Made by a program: the position numbers and the translations under genes
Source: Chiloscyllium plagiosum
Lineage: Eukaryota
Assembly: GCF_004010195.1 (NCBI RefSeq)
Contig: NC_057759.1
Coordinates: 662,236 to 717,453, forward strand
Reading direction: 5' to 3'
Length of the DNA stretch: 55,218 bases
Notes under the pieces: generated by a model
Database searches by the model: none
What the model was told of the DNA's origin: nothing
What the model saw: the letters and a program-made list of their open reading frames with translations, nothing else
Shown: positions 11,746 to 24,960 of the stretch, piece after piece
Layout of the letters: the number at the start of each line of letters is the position of its first letter
Numbering within the stretch: position 1 is the stretch's first letter

Positions 11746-12154
11746 TTGAGTGAATGTCTGTCCCTTTCTCTTTTCCTGTCAAATGGATTCGCTGTGTTCA
11801 CTGGAGGTTCCATTAGCCGATTCTGATAACAGCAAAATTATCAGTCGTTGTTTTAGGGTTTTGAACAATTTGGGACTAAATTTGAAACTGATTGTAGTCA
11901 ATGTGTGGTTGTGAAGTACTTTGACCTCTTTTCTTCCTGCAGTTCCCGCTAAGTCAAAAAGTCAGACAACTAACATAACAACAAACCCCTTCAGTGAATC
12001 AAACATTCACTCAGGACTTTCCCTCTGGTTCAATTGTATATTGAAATATTTCGTCATCAGTCACAAGGTGCAAGATTCCAAGAGGCTGGAAGAATATTGA
12101 CTGCTCAAGGGTAAATAAATTCCAAGTCAAGCCTGTGAGTCCAGACACACTATG

Positions 12155-12562
12155 ATCCATGAGTTTAGAAGACTGAGAGGGAATCTGATTGAGATGTATG
12201 AGATTATTAAAGGATTGGACACTATGGAGGCAGGAAACATGTTTCCGCTGATGGGTGAGTCCCGAACCAGAGGGCACAGCTTAAAAATAAGGGATAGGCC
12301 ATTTAGGACAGAGATGAGGAGAAAGTTCTTCACCCAGAGAGTGGTGGATGTATGCAATGCTCTGCCCCAGAAGGCAGTGGAGGCCCAGTCTCTGGATTCG
12401 TTTAAGTAAAAGTTGGATAGAGCTCTCAAGGATAGTGGAATCAAGGGTTATGGAGATATGGTAGTAACAGCATACTGATTAAGGATGATCATAATGAATA
12501 GTTGTGCAGGCCCGAAGGGCAGAATGGCCTACTCCTGCACTTATTGTCTATTGTATATTGTC
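12155..12562 (+). mobile_element. 5'-truncated CR1 LINE 3' end; duplicate near 20645-21048
   Basis: FRRLRGNLIEMYEIIKGLD...FFTQRVV; tail ttattgtctattgtatattgtc; very similar to 47337-47772. Confidence 0.9.
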
Positions 12563-13601
12563 AAAGATAAAATAGATTGAAAAGGATGCAGCTGATGACT
12601 GTGATGTCAGTGAGTCCAATGACAGATATGCGTTCAATATATAGAACACACATGTCTGTCGTACTAACTGGGAATTTTCAACATGTGCGAGAGTGGTTAT
12701 CTCATAAACGTGATCCAGTTTTTATGAGGAAGGAACCAAAAAAGATCGATGAGGACAGACCAATAGACGTTTTTCATATGAAATTTAGTATTGCCTTTGG
12801 CAGGGTTCCAAATGGTAGACTGTGTAGTAAGGTTAGATCACAAGGGGATCTAGGGAGAGCAAGCCAACTGGATACAAAATTATCTTGATATAAGAGGCAG
12901 AAAGTGGAGGTAAAGATTTGCTCTTTGGTCTGGGGGCCTGTGACCTACCACGAGTCAGAGGAATCAGAGCTGGGTCCACTGTTGTTCATCATTTACATAA
13001 ATGATTTCGATGGGAATACTGCGGCAAAGTTTGGTGGCATAATGGACATTCACAACGGCAAAGTAAAAGTATATTAAGATCTTGATCAAAAGGGCCAATT
13101 GNNNNNNNNNNNNNNNNNNNNNNNNNNNNNNNNNNNNNNNNNNNNNNNNNNNNNNNNNNNNNNNNNNNNNNNNNNNNNNNNNNNNNNNNNNNNNNNNNNN
13201 NNNNNNNNNNNNNNNNNNNNNNNNNNNNNNNNNNNNNNNNNNNNNNNNNNNNNNNNNNNNNNNNNNNNNNNNNNNNNNNNNNNNNNNNNNNNNNNNNNNN
13301 NNNNNNNNNNNNNNNNNNNNNNNNNNNNNNNNNNNNNNNNNNNNNNNNNNNNNNNNNNNNNNNNNNNNNNNNNNNNNNNNNNNNNNNNNNNNNNNNNNNN
13401 NNNNNNNNNNNNNNNNNNNNNNNNNNNNNNNNNNNNNNNNNNNNNNNNNNNNNNNNNNNNNNNNNNNNNNNNNNNNNNNNNNNNNNNNNNNNNNNNNNNN
13501 NNNNNNNNNNNNNNNNNNNNNNNNNNNNNNNNNNNNNNNNNNNNNNNNNNNNNNNNNNNNNNNNNNNNNNNNNNNNNNNNNNNNNNNNNNNNNNNNNNNN
13601 N

Positions 13602-16600
13602 GAAATGATTGGGAATGATGCTAGCGAAACAGAGTGGGGATGGACGTACAGTCCCTGGATGGAAGAACAGAATAGAGATACGTTAACAGGACGTTGCTAG
13701 GGGAGCAGATTGGGGTTGGGATCATAGTCTGTGACTGGAAGATCAGAATTGGGATGGGGTCACAGTCTTTTGCTGTGAGAACAGAATAGGATGGGTTCAC
13801 TGGCATTTGCTAGGAGAACAGACTGGAGATTGGTTCACAGGCCGTTGCTGGGTGAACAGAGCGAAGGTGGGTTCACAGAACGTTGCTGGGAGATTGGCGT
13901 GGGTATGGTTTACAGCTCGTTGCTAGGAGAACAAAATGGTTCACAGGCCATTATTGGGAAACAAAATTGGGATGGGTTCACAGCCCGTTGCTGGAACAGA
14001 GCGAGGATGGGTTCACAGGCCATTGCTAGGAGAATGGCGTGGGGATAGTGCCACAGAGAATTCCCGGGGGAAAGCGTGGAAATACAGAAACAGGCTTTTG
14101 TCAGGAAAAGAGTGTGTGGATCCAATTACAGGCCCTTGCTAGGAGAAGAGGGTGGGTATGTGCTCACAGGCCGTTGCTAAGTGAAAAGAACGCGGATAGT
14201 TTTACAGTATGGTGTGAATAGAAAATAATGAGGATGTATTCACAGGTCATTGTCTAGGGCAAAGGATGGGGTCACACACTGTTCCTGGGAGAACATTTTG
14301 CTGATGAGTTCACAGGCCATTGCTGGGGGAGCAAGGTCGTGATGGGCTCACTGGCCATTGCTGGGGATTCCAGGATGGGAATGAGTTCACAGACCGTTCC
14401 TATGGGAAGAGAGTTGCCTACTATTCATAGACGTTTGGCAGATTAGTGATTGGTTCAAAGGTCCTTGCTAGGGGAAAAAAGATGGGATTGGTTTGACAGG
14501 AAGTTAGTAGGTCAACAGAGTGAGGACAGTTTCAGTGTTAGGAGAACAAAGTCAGAATGAGTTCACAGGTAGTTACTAGGGGAACAGAGTGGGGATGGGT
14601 TGGCAGGATGTTGCTCAGTGGAAAGCGTGGGAATGTGCTCAAAAACCATTGTTCCTGGTTCAGATTGTAGGTGGCGTCAGAGGCCATTGCTAGTGGAAGA
14701 GAGTGGGGATTGCTTCACAGGCCATTGCTTGGGAGAACAGAATGGGGATGGGTTTATAAGCAAGTGCTAGAAGAACAGATGAGGATGGATTCAGAGGTTT
14801 TTGTGTTTGGAAATGGAGTGCTGATGGATTCACAGAATATTGCCAGGCAGACAGAGTGGGGATGTGTACATAGACTGTTGCTCGGAGAACAGAATGGTGA
14901 TGTGTTCACTGGCCATTGCTGGGGGAAGCGAATTGGCATGGATTCTCAGGAGAACATAGTGGGGATGTGTTCAAAGTCTGATGCTAGAACAGAGCTGGGT
15001 TTAGCTTAGGCCATTGCTAGGGGAACAGAATGGGGATGGGTTCATAGGCAGTTGCTCAGGGAACAGAGTGAGAATGGAGTCACAGGCCATTGCTACGGGA
15101 GTAGAGTCGTGATAGGCCAGGGTCTTTTGCCAGGAGAACAGAGTGTGGATTATTTCAGTCCGTTGCTGCGGGGAAGGAGCAGGGATGGGGTCACAGACCA
15201 TTGCTCAGAAAATAGAGTCGGGAGGGGTTCACAGGCAGCTGTTAGGAGAACAGACTGGGAATGGGGGTCCCAGGCCATTGCCATTGGAAAAGGGTTGGAA
15301 TACGTGCAAAGGCCAATGCTATGGAAACAGAGTTGTAATGGGTTTACAGGTCGTGGCTCACAGAACAGAGTGGGGATCCGTTCACAGGACATTGTTCGGG
15401 AGCAGAGTGGGGATCGATTCACAGGCCGTGATTAGAAGAACAGAGGGAGTATGGGTTCACAGGCCGTTGCTAAGAGATCAGAGTGGAGATGGGTTCACAG
15501 ATTGTTGACAGAGGAGCAGATTGGGGATACTAGCGGAAGAGAGTTGTGATTTATTCATAGATGTTTGGTAGGGGAACAGCGTGGTGTTGGGTTTACAGGT
15601 TGTTGCCAGCGGAACAGGATGGGAACGGCGTTAAAGGCTGTGGCTAAGACAACAGAGTTGGTATCGTTTCAGAGACCGTTGCGAGGTGAACAGGCTGAGG
15701 ATGAGTTCACAGGCCGTTGATCAGACAACAAAAGGACGATCGTTTCATAGGTCATTGCTGGTGAACAGAGCGAGGATGGGGTCAAAGGATGTTGCTAGGA
15801 GAAAAGCGCGGGGATACGTTCAGAAACTTTTGTTATGGGAAAAAATGCGGTTGGGTTCACAGATAGTTATAGATTTGTGATAGGTTCGTAGTCCATTGCT
15901 AGGAGAACACAGTACGGTTGGTTTCACAGTTCTTAGAAGAACAGAGTGGGGATGAGTTCTCACATAGTTGCGAGGGAACAGAATGATGATGGGGTCATAG
16001 GCCGTTGCTACAGGAACAGATTGTATATGGGTTCGCAGTCTGTTGCTAGGAGAACACAGTGCGGATGGATTCACAATCTATTGCCGGGGAAAAGAGAAGA
16101 GATTGATTCTTAGGCCGCTGCGAGGTGATAAAGTGGTTCAACTGCCATTGCGAGGAGATCAGAGAAGAGATGTGGTCACAGGGAGTTGCGAGGTAAACAG
16201 GGTGGGAATACGAAAACAGGCCACTACCAGGAAAACAACGTATAAATGGCGTCATGGGCCGTATATGGGAGAACATTTTGGAGTTCAGTCAGGGGGAATA
16301 GGGTGAAGATGGGTTCACAGGCAATTGCCAGGGAAACAGAATAAGGATGGATTTACAGGCTAATGCTGGGAGAACAGAGTGGGAATGGGTTGCCAGATTA
16401 TTGCTTGGATAATAAGGTAGGTATGGAATCACAGAGAATTGCTAGGAAAACAGGTTGAGAATGTGGACACAGACCGCTAGCAGGACAACCATGTCTGGAT
16501 GGGCTCAAATGTCGTTGCTGGGAGAGCTGAGTATGGTTGCGATCACAAAACGTTGCTGGAGGAACAGATAGGGGATTGGTTCACAAGTGGAAGATAGTTA

Positions 16601-19553
16601 GGATTTTTTCACAAGCGGTTGGTAGGGGAACAGTGGGGTGATGGTTCATAGGTTGCTGCTCGCCAAACAGGATGGGAATGGACTGTCAGGCCGTTGTTAG
16701 GACCACAAAATGGGGATGGTTTCAGAGACCGTCGCTATGAGAACAGTGCAAGGATGAGCTCACAGGCATTTGCAAGGAGAGCACATTAGGAATGAGTTCA
16801 CTGGCCATTGCTGGGAGAGCAGACTGAGGGTATGGTCACAGTGAGTTGCTACGAGAACTGGGTGGGATTGCAGAAATAGGACACTAGCAGGATTTGTTCA
16901 GTAGTGTTGATTTGGTCACAGGTCGCTTATGGGAGAACATTTTGGTGATGAATTCATCGGCTATTGTTAGGCAAACAGGGTGAGGATGGGTTAACAGGCA
17001 GTTGCAATGGAAACAGAGTGAGGATGGGTTTACAGTCTGATGCTAGGAGAGCGGAGTGGGGATCGGTTCACTGGCCGTTGCTATGAGATCGGAGTTGGGA
17101 TATAGTTATAGGTCGTTGCTCGGAGAAAAGAGTGCAGATGGGTTCACATGTCGTTGATAGAGGAGCAGATTGGAGATCGATTCGCAGTGTTTTGCTAGGG
17201 GAACAAAGTGACGATAAGATTACAGGCTGTTGCTAGGAGAACAGATTAGGATGACATCACTGACTGTTGCGAGGAGAGCAGTCAGGCGATGTGGTCACAG
17301 GGAGTTGCTAGGGGTTCAAGGTGGGAGCACGGAAACAGGCCGTTACCAGGATAACAGTGTGTGGATGTGTTCATAGGCCATTTATGTGAGAATATTTTGG
17401 GGAGGGGTTCACGGGCCTTTACTAGCGTGAATAGGGTGAGGTTGGGTTCACAGGCAGTTGCGAGGGAAACAAAGTGATGGTGGGTTTACAGGCTGATGCT
17501 AGGAGAAAAGAGTGGGGAACAGTTTACAGATCATTGCAAGAAGAATATATTATGGTTGTGGCCACACGGTCTTTCTCGGGGAACAGGGTGAGAATGCGGA
17601 CACAGACCGCTACCAGGACAATAGTGTATGAATGGGTTCACAGATCGTTGCTAAGTGACCAGAGTGAGAATGAGTTCAAGGCAAATGCTCGGAAAACAGA
17701 AGGGGATGGCTTCACAGGCCCTTGCTAGGGAATTGGACTGGGATGGGGTCACGAGATGTTGCTAAGAGAAAAGCGTGAGGATGTGTTCAGACACCGTTGC
17801 TATGGGAAAAGAGTGAGGTTGGGTTCACAGGCAGTTGCTAGCGGAACAACGCGAGGATTGGTTCAACGGCAGTTGCAAGGGGAACAGAATGAGGATAGGT
17901 TTAAAGGCGGATGTTAGAAGAACAGAGTGGAGAACAGTTCACAGATCATTGTCAAGAGAATAGATTCTGGATGGTGTCACAGGTACTTGCTGTTGGAACA
18001 GGGTGAGAATGCAGACACAGACCGCTATCAGGAGAACAATGCGCGGATGGGTTCACAGGTCGTTGCTGGGAGACCAGAGTGAGGAGGAGTTCAAGCCAAT
18101 TGCTAGCAGAACAGAAGGGTATTCACAGGCCCTTGCTCAGGAACATGGCGGGGTCAGGTCACGTAATGTTGCTAAGAGAAAAGGGTGGGGTCATGTTCAG
18201 ACACCGTTGCGACGGGAAAAGAAAGGATGGGTTCACAGGCATTGTAAGAACACCAGAATCGAGATTGGTTCATAGACAGTTGTTGGCAGAACACCGTGGG
18301 GATGGGATTACAGGCAGTTGCTGTGGAACATTCTGGGGATGGAGTCACAGGTCATTGCTTTGGGAACAGAGTGCGGCTAGTCTCACAGGTTTTGGTGAGA
18401 AGTAGAGAGTGGGGATAGATTCAATGGCCGTTTCGCGGGAAATAGAATGGGGATGGGGTCGCGGGCTGATGCAAGGAGAACAGACTGTGAATCGGTTTAC
18501 AGACAATTGTTCCGGGAACAGAGTGGAGGTGGAGTCACAGTCGTTGCTAGGGGAGAAGATTGGGTATGGTTTCAAAGTCTGTTGTCAGGTGTACGGAGAG
18601 GAGATGGGAGCACACTCAGTTGACATTAGAACAGAGTGGGGATGGAGTCACACGCCATTGCTGGGAGAAATCAATGGGGATGGGTTCAAATGCAGTTGCC
18701 AAGGAAACAGAGTGCAGATGGCTTCAGAGTCCATGGCTAGGAGAACAGAGTGGGGATGGGTTCACATGTACTTGCTATGGAACAGAGTGGTAATGTGCTT
18801 ACAGGCCGTTGCCAGCGGAAAAGATTCAGTTGGGTTCACAGTCAGTTACTAGGAGAACACAGTGCAGATGGATTAACAATCTGTTGCCAACGGAAAAGTG
18901 TAGGCCGTTACGAAGAGAACAGAGTAATGATTGGTTCAACTGCCGTTTCGATGAGATCAGAGTGGGAATGTGGTCATATGGAGTTGCGAGAGGAAAAGGC
19001 TGGGAATACAGACACAGGCCGCTAGCAGGAGAACAGTGTGTGGATGGCGTCACAGCCTGTTTATGGGTGAACATTTTGGAATCGGTTAAAAGGCCATTCC
19101 TAGGGGGAACAGTGTGTTGATGGGTTCACAGGCAGTTGCAAGTAGAACAGAGTAAGGATGGGTTGACAGGCTAATGCGCAGAGAACAGAATGGGAAAGGT
19201 TTCCAAAATCAGTGCGTGGAGAATTGAGTAGGTTCCGTGATAAAGAGACTTGCTCGTGGAACAGGGTGAGAATGCGTATGCAGACCACAGGAGAACAGTG
19301 TTTGGATTGTAGGCCACAGTGGGATTACGATGACAGACAGTTGCTAGAGGAAATAAAATGGAGATTGGTTGATAAGCCGTTGTTAGGGAAAGAGAGTGGG
19401 GATTTAATCATGCACGGTTGATAGGGGAGCAGCGTGGTGTTGGGTTCACAGGAGGTTGCCAGCAAAACGGGATGGGAATGAAATGATAGGCCGTTGCTGG
19501 GACAAAAGTGTGGAGATGGTTTCAGGGATGGTTGCTACAAGAACAGATTTGGG
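13602..19553. repeat. Degenerate 38-bp tandem array, copy 2
   Basis: Colinear with 5453-11057, plus 320 extra bp at 14993-15312. Confidence 0.93.
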
Positions 19554-20029
19554 CAACACTATTTCGCCAGCATTACTTGCCCTGTGCTGATTTTCCTCTT
19601 GAGGTGGCGGAATATCCACTGCAGTCCGTGTGCTGCAGGTTAACGCATATTGCCCTTAGAGGGTAAGTGAAACTGAGTCCACAAAAGATCAACGATGATG
19701 TTATTGAATGGTGGAGCAAACTGATTGTCCTACCCCTGCTGCTATATCTTATTTTCTGATGAAGGAAATTTCAGGAATCTGACGTAATAACACTGAAGAA
19801 ACAGGTGATAAATTTCAAAGGTGAGATGATGACGGGCTCCGAGGGGAACTTACAGGGACTGGTGTTCATATGTATCTGCTACCCTTGTCATAAGTAGTTG
19901 TGGGATTGTAAGGTGCTGTCTAAGGGACTTTGATGAATTTCCACAGTGAGTCTTATACAGAGTAAATGTTTTCAGTTTAGTGCCCGTTCTTCAAAACAGT
20001 TCCAGGAACTCTGGTTGAACGAATGTTTC

Positions 20030-20240
20030 GAGAGTGTGGTGCTGGAAAAGCACAGCAGGTCAGGCAGAACCTGAGGAGCATGAGAATCGACGTTTCGGGC
20101 ACACCCTCATTCGTAATGAAGGGTTTATGCCTGAAGCATCGATTCTCCTGCTCCTCAGGTGCTGCCTGACCTGCTGTGTTTTTCCAGAACCAAATTCTTG
20201 ACTCTGAATTCCAGCACCTGCAGTGCTCAGTTTCTCCTCC
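20030..20240. mobile_element. Palindromic short repeat, duplicate of 11535-11745
   Basis: Same inverted arms as copy 1. Confidence 0.8.
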
Positions 20241-21224
20241 TTGAGTGAATGTCTGTCCCGTTCTCTTTTCCTGTCAAACGGATTCGCTCTGTTCATTGGA
20301 GGTTCCATTAGCCGATTCTGATAACAGCAAAATTATCAGTCGTTGTTTTAGGGTTTTGAACAATTTGGGACTAAATTTGAAAGTGATTGTAGTCAATGTG
20401 TGGTTGTGAAGTACTTTGACCTCTTTTCTTCCTGCAGTTCCCGCGAAGTCAAAAAGCCAGACAACTAACATAACAACAAACCCCTTCAGTGAATCAAACA
20501 TTCACTCAGGACTTTCCCTCTGGTTCATCGCAATTGCATATTGAAATATTTCGTCATCAGTCGCAAGGTGCAAGATTCCAAGAGGCTGGAAGAATATTGA
20601 CTGCTCAAGGGTAAATAAATTCCAAGTCCAGAGACACTATGATCCATGCGTTTCGAAGACTGAGAGGGGATCTGATTGAGATGTACGAGATTATTAAAGG
20701 ATTGGATACTCTGGAGGCAGGAAACATGTTTCGCTGATGGGTGAGTCTCGAACCAGAGGGCACAGCTTAAAAACAAGGGATAGGCCATTTAGGACAGAGA
20801 TGAGGAGAAAGTTCTTCACCCAGAGAGTGGTGGATGTATGCAATGCTCTGCCCCAGAAGGCAGTGGAGGCCCAGTCTCTGGATTCGTTTCAGAAAATGTT
20901 CGATAGAGCTCTCAAGGATAGTGGAATCAAGGGTTATGGAGATAAGGCAGGAACAGACAATTGATTAAGGATGATCATAATGAATAGTTGTGCAGGCCCG
21001 AGGGGCAGAATGGCTTACTCCTGCACCTATTGTCTATTGTCTATTGTCAAAGATAAAATAAATTGAAAAGGATGCAGCTGATGACTGTGATGTCAGTGAG
21101 TCTAATGACAGATATGCGTTCAATATATAGAACACGCATGTCTGTCGTACTAACTGGGAATTTTCAACATGTGCGAGAGTGGTCATCTCATAAACGTGAT
21201 CCAGTTTTTATGAGGAAGGAACCA

Positions 21225-22310
21225 AAAAAGATTGATGAGGACAGACCAATAGACGTTTTTCATATGAAATTTAGTAACGCCTTTGGCAGGGTTCCAAATG
21301 GTAGACTGTGTAGTAAGGTTAGATCACAAGGGGATCTGGGGAGAGCAAGCCAACTGGATACAAACTTATCTTGATATAAGAGGCAGAAAGTGGAGGTAAA
21401 GATTTGCTCTTTTGTCTGGGGGCCTGTGACCTACCACGAGTCAGAGGAATCAGAGCTGGGTCCACTGTTGTTCATCATTTACAGAAATGATTTCGATGGG
21501 AATACGGCGGCAAATTTTGGTGGCATAATGGACATTCACAACGGCAAAGTAAAAGTATATGAAGATCTTGATCAAAAGGGCCAATTGGCCGAGGATTCGT
21601 AGATGGGGTTTACTTCAGATAAATGTGATCTCTTGCATTTTGGTTAGAGAAACTATGGCAGGACTTGCACATTTAATGGTGAGACATAGGGAATATTTCC
21701 AAACGAAGAGACGTAGCCTATACACAATTGCTCGAATGTGGCATCACACATAGATCGAGTGGTGAAGATGGCTTGCCTTAATCGGTTCGTATATTGAGTA
21801 GAGGAGTCCGGCAATCACTTTATGGATGTAAAGACGTTATTAATGCCACTTTTGGAGAACTGTGCACAATTCTGGTTGCTATGCTAATCGGAAGGATGTT
21901 ATTAGACTGGAAAACGGTGCAGTACAGAATCGAAAGGATGCTACCATTACTGAAAGATTGCAGCTATAAGTAGGAGCTGGAAAAACAGGGCTTTTCTGTC
22001 TGGAGAATAGAAGGCTGAGGGCTGACTTTGCAGATGTGTATAAAATCATGAGCAGGACAGATAAGTTGAAGAACCAGGACCTTTTCCCGAGAGTAAAGGA
22101 ATCCTAATTTGGAGGATGGTGCGCATATGGAATGAATTCCAGAGGAAGTGAGAGATGTAAACATAATTAAAACACTTGAAAGATGATTGTACGGGTACAC
22201 AAGTAGGAAATGCTCAGAGGAGGACCCAGAAAAGCGAATATTGCCTTTTGGAAAAATTATCAGCATGCACGATTTGGACCATACTGTCTGTTTCCATATT
22301 GCATTACCTC
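21225..22310 (+). mobile_element. Old CR1 LINE RT and 3' fragment; 5' part also at 12740-13101
   Basis: IDEDRPIDVFHMKFSNAFGRVPNGRL and ELGPLLFIIYRNDFD, plus a decayed gtctggagaatagaaggctgagg segment. Confidence 0.8.
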
Positions 22311-22499
22311 TGAGACATGTATAAAATCACATTCTCTTCAATACCAACGGACAAGCAGTAGAGCACACACCTACAAAATACACTGCACACATTTAGCAAG
22401 GTACCAAAGAAAGCATTTTTCCAAAGGCCAGAGATAACAACTCGAAGGTCAAGAGCAGTTAATGCATGGAATCTTGAATCGGGGATCAAATATAACCAG

Positions 22500-23575
22500 C
22501 GTCAGCTAGAGATAGCTTCACGAGTGAAGCAGTTTTGCAATAACCAGTCGGGAAAAGTGGAGAGCATTTAAACATTGGAGAGAGGCTTCACAAATATCCC
22601 CATTCCCAGTACAGGGGGAATGCAACCCATTAGTGCAAAACATAATCTTGAAGCATTTACAAAAGTCTTCAGCCGAAGTCTTGAGGGATTGGACTATCTC
22701 AACCATCTCCAGAAATTTGCAAATGGTCTCTCAGAAAAAAATGATTCACTTTGCTTGATGTTGAGAAACAGGGTGTTGCACTGGATAACGTAAAAGACCC
22801 TGACAAGAGTCTGCAGCAAAATTGAATTCGTGTGTTCCAACAGTCCTGTGCCCGAGGCAAGGTATTCCAGTGAAGTTACACATGGGCATCGAATCAAGAA
22901 GGTGGAAATTTGTCTCGATATGTCCTGTGCATAAAAAGCTGTTCAGATTCGAATCAGACGATTACAGTCACATCAATCTATTCTCGATCATTAGTAAAGT
23001 GTTGGAAAGAGACATCCACATAATATTATCAGTGTGCAATTCTGCTCTGTACTGCACAGATCACAGTCCACGCAGCTCTTAACATCATCCCAGCTTCGAT
23101 TGAAGCATGGAAAAAGAGCTGTTCTTGAGAAGTAATGATAGAGAATAACTGCTAATTTAGTAGGTACTTTTTTATTCATTCATGGAATGATGGCGTTGCT
23201 GGCTGGGCCAGCATTTATTGGCCATCCCTAATTATTCTGAGGGCAGTTAAAAGTCAACTGCATTGCTGTAGGTCTTGAGTGACATGGAAGCGAGACCAGG
23301 TTCATTTCTTTCCCTAAACGACATTAGGGAACCAGGTGGGTTTTGCTTGACAATTGACGATCAGTTTGTGGAAATTATTAGACTCTTAATCGTAGATTTT
23401 TAATTTTTGGAATTCAGGTTCGACCATCTGCTGTGGTAGGGTTTGAACTCGGATCTCCAGGACTGGGTTTCTGGTTTAAGCGAAAATACCAAAAGTTCTT
23501 TGCCTCCCCTGATGACCAATGCCACATGTCACCTAATGTGGCATCAAGGAGCCAAGCAAAGCTAGAGTCAACAGC
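22500..23575 (+). mobile_element. Decayed RT fragment of the L2/CR1-group LINE, interrupted by a SINE
   Basis: ICPVHKK...DYSHINLFSIISKVLE (NYRPISLLS motif); resumes after the SINE with VWHQG (gtgtggcatcaagga-like). Confidence 0.65.
23168..23475 (-). mobile_element. tRNA-derived SINE, second family
   Basis: tttattcattcatgg...gccagcatttattg...ccatctgctgtggtagggtttgaactc; antisense homologue of 26872-27197. Confidence 0.8.
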
Positions 23576-23579
23576 GTAC

Positions 23580-24960
23580 AGTTCGAGAAAATTAGATATC
23601 GTTCATTTTGGAAGGGAGAAAAAAATAACATTATCTAATTTAAACGGGAAAAAAACTAGAAATACGTAAGATTTAGGGCTCTTTTACATGAAATACAGAA
23701 AGCTAGCATATCAGTGCAGCAGATTATCAGGAAAACGAATAGAATTTTGTCCCTAATTTCAAAGTGGCCAGAGACAAAAGCAAGGAAGTTTACTGAAACT
23801 GTATAAAGTGCTGGTGAGAGCAAAACCTGGAGTTCTATGAACAGCTTTGATGTTCCTATTTAAAGAAATATAGTTTGTTAATAGATATTGCAAACAGTTG
23901 CGGTCCCAGAATTGAACTTGGTAGCATCTCGTACGTCACTGCCTGCTAATCTGAAAGGGAATCGTACATTCCAAATCTCGTCTTCCTGTCTGCGAAACAG
24001 TTCTCTTTCACTGTCAATGCAGTACCTCTGATACCATGGGCTTGAATTTTTTTAAAAAATAATCTCTTATGAAACGTCCAGATTAACAATACCTACTCGT
24101 CCAGTCTACTGGTCACAGCCTCAGAAAGTTCTTGAAAATACATGATTTCTGTCTAGTGAATCCATGCTGACTCGGACCAATTCTGTTTCTGTTTTCCAAA
24201 TGCTCAGTTACTAAATCCTTAGTAATTGACTCCAGCATTTTCCGCACCACCGATGCCAGATTAACCAGCCTACAATACCCTTTTTCTTTCTCCCGTCTTT
24301 CTGACAGAGTGGAGTTACATTAAGTACTGTCCTGACTAAGTGGAGCTCTTCCAGAATCTAAAGAATGCTGGGAAAAGATCAACAACGAATCCAATATTTC
24401 TAAGTCTCTTTGTTAAGTACTTTGTGATGAAGTGCATCAAGTACAGTCTCTTGCAGATGAACAGACTTTGGGAAATGATGAGCTGAGTCATTGCTGAATA
24501 ATTCCTAGCCTTCAACCTAACCTCGTAGTCTTTGAATTTACATAGAATTTACCATCTAACTTGGTGGGATTCAAATCTGGTTCTAATAAATTATAGTGAA
24601 TATAATCCTAAACAATTCTGTCTCTCTCCATCCATCAGTCCATGCCATCCCAGGAAACAGTCTGGGAAACATTTACTGCGGTTCCTCCGTGGACAGAACA
24701 TTCTTCCTCAGATAAGGAGACCCCAAACTTTGCACACAATACTCCAAGATGTACATTTGCAGCAAAACATCCATATTCCTGCACACGAAACTTCTCACTT
24801 TGAAGGCCAACATCTCATTTAAACCTATTCACCGCCTGCTGCTCCTATAATGTTCATTTTCAGCGACTTATTGGATCTTCTACCTTTCCCAAATATTGAC
24901 GTTCAGATAATAATCCATCTTCCTGTTTTTACATTTAATTGGATAATCTCACTTTGATCC
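23580..24960. mobile_element. Mosaic of CR1 fragments (about 23580-23880 +; 23950-24440 -; 24620-24960 -)
   Basis: IVHFGR and ctgtataaagtgctggtgaga on +; tgaatccatgctgact and gcacacaatactccaag (reverse complement of LEYCVQ) on -. Confidence 0.7.

Larger units (their letters stand above)
5453..21587 (+). repeat. Direct duplication 5453-13101 vs 13602-21587 across a 500-N gap
   Basis: Both start gaaatgattgggaatgatgctagcg and match through gatcaaaagggccaattg; scattered substitutions and indels; the ORF track is duplicated. Confidence 0.95.

Noticed and set aside
5472..19421. Many 60-190 aa ORFs inside the array (e.g. 9357-9923)
   Set aside because: The period of 38 is not a multiple of 3, the same motifs appear in all frames, and the ORFs are not preserved between the two copies.
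5272..19553. 38-bp array as a CRISPR- or TIGR-like guide array
   Set aside because: Variation is scattered across all positions with no constant-repeat/unique-spacer alternation, no effector gene is nearby, and the context is vertebrate.
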